A stretch of 64,000 nt of DNA, taken from contig NC_043008.1 of assembly GCF_006345805.1 (NCBI RefSeq), positions 26,784,001 to 26,848,000 of the forward strand, written 5' to 3'. A program made the position numbers and the translations under genes. The notes beneath the pieces were generated by a model. The model was not told the origin of the DNA. It saw only the letters and a list, made by a program, of their open reading frames with translations, and did not search any database. This document shows positions 53,601-62,690 of the stretch, piece after piece (positions within the stretch are counted from its first letter, which is position 1; each line of letters opens with the position of its first letter). The stretch comes from Octopus sinensis (Eukaryota).

Positions 53601-54060
53601 ATTTCCAATAATGGTCCTCAATTCATATCATAGGAGTTCAGGGATTTTTCAAATGATTTTGGCTTTTTACACCTCAACAGTAGCCCCCATTATCCACAAG
53701 GAAATGGAGAACTCAATGTGTGGGTCAGACAGTTAAACGCCTTCTAAAAAAAAAGCAAGTGATCCATATATCACACTGCTTAATTATCGCAGTACTCCTC
53801 TACAACATGGCAAGAGTCCTGCAGAGTTTTTGATGAATAAGAAACTCAGGGCTTACATTCCAACAATTTATAACAATGTATCCTGCCAAGAAAATGCTGG
53901 GCGACACAAAAATGTAGACTCTCATCTCAAATTGAATCAAAAGGTCAATTTTGGCAAATGTCATCGAGCTAGAGAGCATGCATCATTTACCGAAGGACAG
54001 CAAGTTTAGGTGAAGACACCTAATACCACTCCAGCCAAAGTGGTGAAAACTCTATCACCA
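49730..54060 (+). pseudogene. pol: Gypsy pol (PR-RT-RNase H-integrase) with stops and frameshifts, split by a Helitron
   Basis: FRLDISADMTV, EPLLG, VRLCVNYSKLNK, KLDCNSG, CDIDDVLV, VSADASSYGLGGVL, IETDHKSL, LHKGHQG..WWPG, PWQNVGMDLF and YYSRWIE. Confidence 0.92.
50027..51582 (+). mobile_element. Non-autonomous Helitron (1556 bp) inserted in Gypsy pol
   Basis: A|TCTCTATATTATAA start; 3' hairpin ACCTGC..GCGGGT (51551-51569), 9-nt spacer, CTAG|T. No TSD. Excision restores the pol frame AIKDLNLLSKIN. Confidence 0.9.
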
Positions 54061-54382
54061 AGGTCAGTACTTGTTGCTTCAGGACTACTTCATTGAAACA
54101 GAAGCCATCTTTGCAATAGAAGTGAGAAAACTAAGTTTCCTCAGGTAGCTACCCCCAACAGAATTGTCCATCTTACCAACCATACCCAGAAACATTCCTG
54201 AGTACAGCTGGGACAATTCAGCAGAACATCTCACTGAACAAGCTAACCAACCAGAGACCCATTTCACTGCACACAGGGATGTCTCACCAGCCAACTCGGC
54301 AAGTCCCAAGCCAGCAGTGTACACCAGGAGTGGTGGGAGAATTCGACCACCAAAGAAACTGACATCATGAATTCATAACTTG

Positions 54383-54393
54383 AAAGGTGGGGA
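54383..54393 (+). promoter_or_regulatory. Polypurine tract
   Basis: AAAGGTGGGGA directly before the 3' LTR. Confidence 0.8.
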
Positions 54394-54584
54394 TGTGTTG
54401 TTATCTCCCTTAGATTAGTTACCTACCATTACGAGATCTCTCTAGTTAAAAAGAACACATTCGGGTTCCCTAATAGTAAGAGGCCATTACTGTGTATGCT
54501 TTACTAATAAACTGACATATCTTATCTCACGCTGAATTCTTTTTCTATTTATTAACCAATACCATCAACCTTCATTATACCACA
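54394..54584 (+). repeat. 3' LTR
   Basis: TG...ATACCACA; aligns with the 5' LTR. Confidence 0.95.
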
Positions 54585-54594
54585 GAACTAATAT

Positions 54595-55940
54595 ATGGAC
54601 ATTCAGAGCCTCTATACCATTATCCCTCACCACGAAGGACTGCAGGCACTTCAACACTTTCTTGACCTCCGCTCCAACCCTGAACCTGACACCTCCACAC
54701 TCATTCGTCTGGCTGAACTTGTCCTTACTCTTAACTGCTTCTCGTTCACGGGCGAGTTCTACCATCAGGTCTCGGGAGTGGCCATGGGAACATGAATGGG
54801 CCCCAACTATGCGAACCTGTTCGTTGGCTATGTTGAGGCCCAAATATTCTCTAATTTCACTGGTCCCACTCCTGAACTATATGGTCGTTACATTGACGAC
54901 ATTATCGGTGCCACCTCACTCTCCTGTGAACATCTAGATTCCTTCCTCTCTTTCGTTCAATCTTTCCATCCAGCCCTCCACTTCACTTCCACTATCTCCA
55001 ACACCTCTGTCTCCTTCCTCGACATTTCGGTTAGCATTCTTCACTCTACTCTTACCACCTCCATTCACTACAAACACACAGACTCACACTCATACCTCAA
55101 CTTCTCTTCCTCCCACCCAGAACACACCAAGCTTTCCATCCCCTATTCCCAATTCCTCCGTCTACGTAGGCTCTGTAGTGACGACCATGACTTTGAGACT
55201 CAGTCTCAACGTATGGCTCACCACTTCATCCTACGTGGATACTCCCTCACCACTATCCACACCGCCCTTGCCAGAGCACGTTCCGTGGACCGTGTATCTG
55301 CTCTCTCTCCCCGAACCTGCCCTGTAGTCTCCCGCCTCCCTTTTCCCCTCACTTACCACCCCACGACCCTACCTCTCCAACGCACCATTCTTCGAGCTTT
55401 CCGTCATCTCCAGTCCGACCCGTCCACTTCACACCTCTTCCCTAACCGACCCCTCCCCTCTTTCAAACGAGCCCATAACCTTCGAGACCTTTTGGTCCAT
55501 AGCTCCTTCCCTGACCCTACCTCCCAACCTGGCTCGTTCCCCTGCTCCCGCCCACGTTGCTGCACTTGCCCTTACCTCTCCAACACCACCCGCCTCACTG
55601 GCACCCATCATCGACCCTATCGCATCATCAACTCCTTCACCTGCACCTCCAGCAATATTATCTATTGCGTCTCTTGCTCTCTCTGCCATTCCCTGTACAT
55701 CGGACAAACGGGACGCCGCTTGGCTGACCGGTTCGTGGAACACCTTCGTGGCATCCGCCTTGCGAACGACACACCGGTCTCACGCCATTTCCGCTCCACC
55801 GGTCACTCCTTGCAACACCTGTCTGTGTTCGGTTTGTCCTTACACAGAGGCCATCCGGATTCCCGTTTGCGCCGTGAACAGGAATTAATCTTCTCTCTTC
55901 GCTCTTATACGCCATTTGGTCTCAACTCTCCCCCCTCCTC
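54595..55940 (+). pseudogene. PLE RT and GIY-YIG ORF with a single in-frame TGA at 54793-54795
   Basis: ORFs 54595-54795 and 54796-56493 are in the same frame. The stop is probably CGA>TGA (inference). Confidence 0.9.
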
Positions 55941-56330
55941 ATCTAACCTCCCCCCCGACCCCTACTTCTCTTCAGTCCTTCATCCTTTCACCCCTACTCC
56001 TCTTCCCTCTTTCTCCCTCACTCCTTCTTCCCTCTTCCCCTTCCCTCTGCTCCCTCACTCCCCTTCTCTCTCTCTCCCCCTCTCCCTCTTTCCTCCCTCC
56101 TCCTCTCCCCTCCACTCCTTCTCCCCTCCTCTCTTTCTCCCCTCCTCTCCTCTCCTTCTCCCCCTCCTCTTCCCCTTTCCTTCCTTCTCCCCTCCTCTTC
56201 CCCTTTCCTTCCTTCTCCCCTCCTCTTCCCCTTTCCTTCCTTCTCCCCCTTCCCCTTCCCACTCCTCTTCTCCCCTTTCTTTCTCCCCCCTTACCCCCTT
56301 ACCTCCCCTCCCCCTCTTCTCCTCTCTCTA
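55930..56330. repeat. Polypyrimidine (CT/CCT) low-complexity tract in the PLE 3' region
   Basis: Direct reading. Confidence 0.95.
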
Positions 56331-56617
56331 CACCACACCATACGACTTTACACATCACATCATATATACATACACACGTCCAGACCTCTCATACACGCTA
56401 ATACTCTCTCATACACACACACACACTCTTCTCATACACACACACACACTCTTATGTTGGAGTGAGGTCATTCAACCCTATTATCTCCCCTAATTTCGCT
56501 CTTGCATCTCATGTTTGATCTTTGACTTCTGGCCGAAATCAGATCGCCATGTTGATTCGCTAGCTTCTGCACGCAAATTTATTTTTTCTCCTTCTTTCTG
56601 TGTTTTTTCTCTGTGTA

Positions 56618-56655
56618 TCTTTCTGTTGAAGAGTGTAGACTCGAAACGTTAAAGA
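56618..56655 (+). ncRNA. Minimal type I hammerhead ribozyme with non-canonical core CUGUUGA
   Basis: TCTTT-CTGTTGA-A-GAGT(GTAG)ACTC-GAAA-CG-TT-AAAGA gives stem I TCTTT/AAAGA, stem II GAGT/ACTC, palindromic AACGTT stem III and a GUU site. Confidence 0.75.
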
Positions 56656-56783
56656 CTTGTTTTATTTATATTTCCTGAGCGCCATACTAATACAATTGTT
56701 TGTTTGTATTCCACCTGCCTTCGTCTTTTGTTTATTTCCGTAAACCTGCCTTCGTCTTTTGTCTATTTTCATAAAGCTTCCCG

Positions 56784-56784
<1 letters not shown>

Positions 56785-56836
<52 letters not shown>
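56785..56836. repeat. (TA)n microsatellite at the PLE 3' end
   Basis: Direct reading. Confidence 0.95.
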
Positions 56837-56837
<1 letters not shown>

Positions 56838-57602
56838 CAAAAGTAAAAAATACAATAAATGGAAATTATCCAAACATAACAAGCAGGAATAAGGATGATA
56901 GCACAACAATGGCAAACAGGACAAAAGAAGATACAGATCATTCACAGCCAATTGTTTCTTTAGTCGGGTTCTGGAATGTCTACATAGTTTCATCCAATCC
57001 TCTCTGATACTACTTAAAACCAATTGGGCCAAGGGCTTAAGCTGAAAGCATTAAGCCCCTGAGCAAGGCAAACGAATATACATATACAAACACAAGGAAA
57101 CAACAAACAGAAAGGTCTTTCGATTATCGTAACAAAGAAATAGAATTATACATATACAATGGACAAAAAGCTTTCGGCTATACAACAAAAATAAAACAAA
57201 ACTGTTTCGGCTATACAACAAAAATAAAACAAAACTGTTTTGTTTCACTTTTTGCTGTATAGCCAAAAAGCTTTAGTCCATTTTTTATATATAATTCTAT
57301 TTCTTTGTTACATTTGTCCAGTAGTTGAAAGACCCTCTCTGTTATTTTCCTGTGTTTGTATATGTATTTTCATTTGCCTTGCTCAGGGGCTTAATGCCTG
57401 CAGCTTAAGCCCTCAGCCCAACTGGTTTTGAATAGTATAAGAGAGGATTGAGCAACACTATATAGATGTTCCAGACTTCAACTGAAGAAGCAATTGGCTG
57501 CATGTGTATCTTGTTTTGTCCTGTTTGCTGTTGTTGTGTTATCATCCTTTTCTTGCTTGTTATGTTTTGATGATTTCCGTTTGCTGTGTTTTTACCTTTG
57601 AT
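56836..57602. repeat. Near-spacerless palindrome (arms about 370-400 bp, apex about 57236)
   Basis: GCTTAAGCTGAAAGCATTAAGCCCCTGAGCAAGGCAAA matches the reverse complement of TTTGCCTTGCTCAGGGGCTTAATGCCTGCAGCTTAAGC. About 80% overall by eye. Confidence 0.92.
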
Positions 57603-58536
57603 TTATCCATGCAGTGTTATGCATAATTTGGTGTTTACTCACACACACACACACACATGTATAATCTCGATGATTATCATCTGGGTGATAACTTCTTGAC
57701 AAGCATTTCAAAGCTCCTATACTGTTATTGGCTACCATATGTCATCACATAGTTTTAAAATTTTAAAAACAAGAAAATGGAATGAACAAATCACAACAAT
57801 TTTTTCTGTGCAATGGAATCAGTTTTTAGTTGCTGAGTTTTCCATATCAAACTATTACATAAATTATTTTATAAATAATTGCATAAATAAATACGATCCA
57901 GCTGCCACTGAGTACTGGCATATCATCAGGTGAGTGGCTTTGATAGCACTGGCAGAGAGCCTAAAGATCGCTTGGAGACACAAAGTGGGCTATGAAAAGT
58001 TGCCTGTCTCTGCATCTCCAGGCAAGAAACTATTAGTACTTGAATCTTTAGACTATGTACATAAAATGAAATTTACTGGGTGGGAGTGGAAAGCAGTGAT
58101 GTGGCTTGCTTTTCTCCATGACGAAACACAGTGAATGGCTTGCTTACAGGTTTGAATGTGCCACAAACACGTTTGAGCTGTTAATAACATTTGCATAAAT
58201 GAGATTTATCTCTCACTGGATGGAGTACAATTTTTTGTTTATCTTTCAACAATAGAACAGTAAAATATCTATCTATCTGTCAGTCTGGCATTCTGTGTGT
58301 GTGTGTGTGTATGTGTGTGTGTGTGTGTATGTGTGTGTGTGTGTGTATGTATTATATATGAATCTGATGGTTGTGCAAACATAAGTAGTTTTGTAGAGAT
58401 ATTTAAATAACAAATTTTATGCACAGTTGTACACTTGTATATATAATGCAGTAACTGAGGTCCAAGCAAGCCAGCAGGTGAGAACTTCCCTTATGTGCAC
58501 ATATTTGTTTTTGTTTTGTTTTGTTTTTGTTTTTCC

Positions 58537-58740
58537 AGTTTCAGCTCTTGAGCTGTGGCCATGCTGGGGCACCGCCATTGTGGTGAAAGAGTACAGCAGG
58601 GATCACCACCCCCTGCCGGAGCCTCGTAGAGCTTTTAGGTGTTTTCGCTCAATAAACACACACAACGCCCGGTCTGAGAATCGAAACCGCGATCCTGCGA
58701 CCGCGAGTCCGCTGCCCTAACCACTAGGCCATTGCGCCTC
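58537..58740 (-). mobile_element. CpG-rich, young-looking tRNA-derived SINE with a tail shared with another family
   Basis: Minus strand reads GGCGCAATGGCCTAGTGGTTAGGGCAGCGG...GGTTTCGATTCTC (A and B boxes) and ends GGCGGTGCCCCAGCATGGCCACAG. Confidence 0.85.
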
Positions 58741-59000
58741 TACATATAAATGTTTTTACATGTATTTATACATGTAGTATAGAACATATGCATGTATATG
58801 TGTATACATGAATTTGTGTATAAAGATATTTATATATTTGTATGTATACAGGTAGCAAGAAATTCTAGGGAGAGTTGAACAATGGAGGGTCTTCAGAGAA
58901 AAAGCACTCGACCTCATACTTGCATTTCAGGGCTTTCCTACCTACCAGCTCATTGATCTTTGCCACTATGATGTCATCTAGTTTGGATAAATATATATTT

Positions 59001-59295
59001 GTGTGGCTGTGTGGTAAGAAGCTTGCTTCCCAAACGTATGGCTCTGGGTTCAATCTCACTGCATGGCACCTTGAGCAAGTGTCTTCTACTATAAGCCTCA
59101 GGCTAGGAAACTGAAAGAAGCCCATCGTATACATGTATAAGTATATATTATGTGTACTTGTCTTTGTGTCTATGTTTGTCACCCAACCATCATTTGACAA
59201 CCGATGTTGATATGTTTACATTCCTGTAAATAAGTGGTTCAGCAAATAGAATATGGTTACAGTCAAATTACTGAAACAAGTAAACGAATGAAAGA
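59001..59295 (+). mobile_element. SINE, same family as 18041
   Basis: GTGGCTGTGTGGTAAGAAGCTTGCTTCCCAA..GGGTTCAATCTC..GAGCAAGTGTCTTCTACTATAAGCC. Confidence 0.85.
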
Positions 59296-59593
59296 ATTTA
59301 AGTGTGTGTGTTTGTGTGCATGCATATATGTAAATATATCTTTACATATTAGAAGAAATGAGGTACTCAAAAATCTGGATAGTTTTACATTTACAGATAT
59401 TTATTAGTATATTACATGTTTTTATACATCATATAGCATATATCATATAATAGCGTTTTTGTCCATTCTAGTGAAGTCTTCAAATTGAACTAAGTTTTTG
59501 CAGGAATTTTGACTCTTTTTATAGTATTATTGAATGTGTAGTGCTGGAGAGAGATATAAGATAGTACAAAAGGGTGATGAATGGGGAGAGAGT

Positions 59594-60197
59594 GAGAGAG
59601 AGCATGTGTGTGTGTGCACGTGTGTGTGTGTGTGTATGTGTGTGTGTGTGTTTGTATCTGAATGAGGTGTTAAAGGAAAAGAAGGAAAGGAAGAAAAGGG
59701 AGAGAAAGAAGAAAACGTTTTTGTCGATCTCTTTGCAACTGGTCAGGTTGTCAATAATAATGGATTCTTGGGTTTTAGTAATGGCAAATCCAGCTGTTTA
59801 CTCCAAGGAGGTGGGATGTCACTTTTCAATAAATTGTCTGTATTTTCTTTTTATCATTGTCTTGTGAGAGAGAGTGCGTGTATATGTGCACGCGTGTGTG
59901 TGTGTATGTGTGTGTTTTTGTATCTGAAAGAGGTGTTAGAGAAAAAGAGAGAAGGAAAGGAAGAAGGAGAGAAAGAAGAAAAAATTTTGGTTGATATATT
60001 TGCAGCTGGTCAGTTTGTCAATAACAATCAATTCTTGTCTTTTAGCAATAGTAAATCCAGCTGGTTACTCCAAGGTGTGCCACAATGTCACTTTTCAAAA
60101 AATTGTCTGGATTTCCTTTTTATCATTGTCTTGTGAGAGAGTGTGTGTGTGGGGGGGATGTCTGCGTATCCGAAAGGAGTGTTAAATGGGAAAGAGG
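59594..60197 (+). repeat. Tandem repeat of about 270 bp, about 2.2 copies
   Basis: Units 59594-59865 and 59866-60134 both end ATCATTGTCTTGT; a partial third unit follows. Confidence 0.9.
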
Positions 60198-60309
60198 AAT
60201 GAAATACATATGCATATATGTATTTTTATGTATTGGTAAATATGTTTGTGCATGTATATCATCTTCATTGTTTTAATGTCCCCCTTTCCAAGCTTCTAAA
60301 GATCAGAGT

Positions 60310-60500
60310 TTATTGAGGCAGATATTCAGCCACCAGATGCCATTCCTGTTGCCATCTCTCACCTGTTTCCAAGCAATATTTTTCCATGGCCCATTATTTT
60401 CTCATAGAATACTGGAAATCAATGACACTGCTTGTATAATATTGGCACTTATACTACAGCTATCACAAGATGGCTCAAAGAGACACAAACACATGCACAT
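60310..60500 (-). mobile_element. Decayed SINE-like fragment, related to 6612-6925
   Basis: GATGCCATTCCTGTTGCCATC..ACCTGTTTCCAAGCAATATTT resembles GATGCTCTTCCTGTCACTG..ACCTGTTTCTAAGTAAGGTAATATTT. Confidence 0.5.
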
Positions 60501-60524
60501 GTCTGTCTCTCTGTATCTCTATTT

Positions 60525-60555
<31 letters not shown>

Positions 60556-61040
60556 GTTTTTTTTATTAATAATCAACTGAATTTGCAGAGTGATTCAACA
60601 ACTGAGAGTTTAATGCATTTCTTGAACAGACTTTGCTGGATCCAAGGCTGCTGCAGATCCAACTTGCTGCAAAATCTGTAGCATCAGCAACTATATAGGA
60701 TATTCCTCATGTAAATGCAATTGAATAACATTGGTTCAGATCAGAATGGTAGAATGTCAGAGACTGTAGATTGCCAGATAGAATGTTTGACTGTATTTAC
60801 ATTCATCCATTTATAATTTAATTTGAAATCCCAATGGTGTTGACTTGGCATTTTATTATTCCATGTTCAATAAAACAAGTAACATCTATGTACTAGAATC
60901 CACTGCATTGTTTATATTTCTCGTATGAAAATGTCTGGACATGTACTGATATAAGAAGTCCTTTAGTAAAATCATGCTACTATCATCATCATCAGTATGT
61001 ATGTATGTATGTATGTATGTATGTATATGTATATATTTAT

Positions 61041-61592
61041 GTCCGGTCACTTTCGAGTGCTACTGGTAACATGTAACCCAGTACAACCTGTTGCATGGTC
61101 GGGTCGTCGGCGACTAAACCGGCAACCCCACCAAGCTTGCTTGGTGAGGAGGGTGTTTATTGGTCACTCTGCAGGATGAAAAACAAAGCCCGTCAAAGGG
61201 CTGAGGAACTCTTGAGAGTCAAAGGCCATCCAATAAATGTCTTAAGGCTGTATCATGCGCGGGGACATAGAAATAATCGGACTGAATACCCGATCGCGTG
61301 GTTAAACCATTGGAAGTGAAGGACTCCTAGCCTTTGTTGGGGCATCCTTCTAGGAGAAGGTAACTCAGGTAACTGGGATAACTCTGAAATAAAACCTGCG
61401 GCTCAGTGGTTACCGATGATGTTGACTTGTTCTTCTTTTCGGATTATGGCTGCTGTTGCTTAGTGAGTGGGATTGACTCAGTGCACAGCCTTTCCTCACT
61501 TTAAAAAAATCTTCTTGCACAGGCATTGCACGATAACAACATTGATTAAGCTTCGTGCAATGGCCATACTCGATGACAATGGGGCAGCCACC
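61041..61592 (+). mobile_element. CpG-rich non-coding element resembling an RTE 5' UTR, flanked by microsatellites
   Basis: GGGGCATCCTTCTAGGAGAAGGTAACTC...AACTCTGAAATAAAACC (61339-61396) resembles the RTE 5' UTR motif GGCAACC.GTCTAGGAGAAGGAAAACTCTGA as I recall it. Several hairpins, no ORF. Confidence 0.55.
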
Positions 61593-61598
61593 ATATAT

Positions 61599-61632
<34 letters not shown>

Positions 61633-61681
61633 ATATATATATATATATACATACATACATATATATAAATATGTATATATG

Positions 61682-61975
61682 AAGGTGCATGGCTCAGTTG
61701 TTAGATCATTGAGTTTACAATCATGAGATTGTGAGCTCAGTTCCCGGTCTGGGCTGTGTCATATTCTTGAGAATGACACTTTATTTCACATCACTCCAGT
61801 TCATTGAGCAGAAAAAATGAGTTGCAAAATTACTGGTGCCAAGCTGTATCAACACCTTCACCTTTCCCATGGTATGCGTAGGTAACTGCTAGTCTTCCAC
61901 AAACAAACTTACCTGGACTTGTGCTTCAGAATGGAACTTTCTAGGTGCAATCTCTTGGTCATTTCTGACTGATGG
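61682..61975 (+). mobile_element. SINE, second family
   Basis: GGTGCATGGCTCAGTTGTTAG head; GACACTTTATTTCACATCACTCCAGTTCA core. Confidence 0.75.
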
Positions 61976-61976
61976 G

Positions 61977-61977
<1 letters not shown>

Positions 61978-62064
<87 letters not shown>

Positions 62065-62070
62065 TGTCTC
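61978..62070. repeat. (CT)n/(CTAT)n microsatellite
   Basis: Direct reading. Confidence 0.95.
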
Positions 62071-62264
62071 ACACACACATATACTTATTTACATACCTGC
62101 ATACTTATATTAACATACACACACATACATAATGGGCACCCACACAATCTCCAAATTTCTATCCAACAAATTCAATCATAAGACCTTGGTTGTGGGCTAT
62201 AGTAGAACATATTTCCTCATATACTGGGTTTAAATTTGAAACTACATGGTTGAAAAGTTGGCTT

Positions 62265-62690
62265 TTGAGCCACATAGCCATGTGTGTATGTGTGCGTATG
62301 TATGCTGATTTGCCGTACTTGAGAAAACACATCAAGCTAAGTGAAATCATGGATGTGGCCAGTGCTGGTGATACATGAAAGGCATCCATGCCTGTGACAC
62401 ATGAAAGGCACCTGTATTGGTGACATGTGAAAGGGTGCTATGCTGGTCACATGTCAAAGGCATCCATGCCAGTGGCATAGGAAAGGCGCCTGTGCCAGTA
62501 TCACATAAAGGGTACCTGTGCTGGTGACACATAAAAGATAGCCAAACACACTCTGTGGAGTGGCTGGCATTAGGAAGGGTATCCATCTGAAAAAACCAAG
62601 CCAAAGCAGACTGGAGCCTGGTGCAGCTCTCTGGCTTACAAGCTCCATTTAACCCATGCCAGCATGGAAAACAGATAATAATTCATGATG
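62265..62690 (+). mobile_element. SINE-like element with an internal 25-bp minisatellite and (ATG)n tail
   Basis: About seven GTGCTGGTGACACATGAAAGGCA-like units (62362-62537), then GGCATTAGGAAGGG.ATCCA...AACCCATGCCAGCATGGAAAAC. Confidence 0.75.

Larger units (their letters stand above)
48492..54584 (+). mobile_element. Gypsy LTR retrotransposon (Mag-like), full structure, decayed
   Basis: Two 190-bp TG...CA LTRs, PBS, PPT, and gag-PR-RT-RNH-INT order. Confidence 0.95.
54595..56784 (+). mobile_element. 5'-truncated, nearly intact Neptune-type PLE with pseudo-LTR
   Basis: RT (MDIQSLYT, GVAMGT*MGPNYANLFVG, YGRYIDD, VSFLDI), CSRPRCCTC linker and GIY-YIG (IIYCVSCSLCHSLYIGQTGR). Ends at (TA)n. 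Confidence 0.95.

Noticed and set aside
55940-56493. Pro/Ser/Leu-rich C-terminal extension of the 565-aa ORF
   Set aside because: It is read-through of a stop-free polypyrimidine tract. A frameshift in the C-run near 55930 would restore an early TAA.
57478-57510. Hammerhead in the palindrome arm (CTGAAGAAGCAATTGGCTGC)
   Set aside because: No GAAA or NUH follows in either arm (GCATG and GTGAATG), so the fold cannot be closed.
62362-62537. CRISPR-like appearance of the 25-bp repeats
   Set aside because: The units are contiguous with no unique spacers, there are no cas genes, and the context is a eukaryotic SINE.
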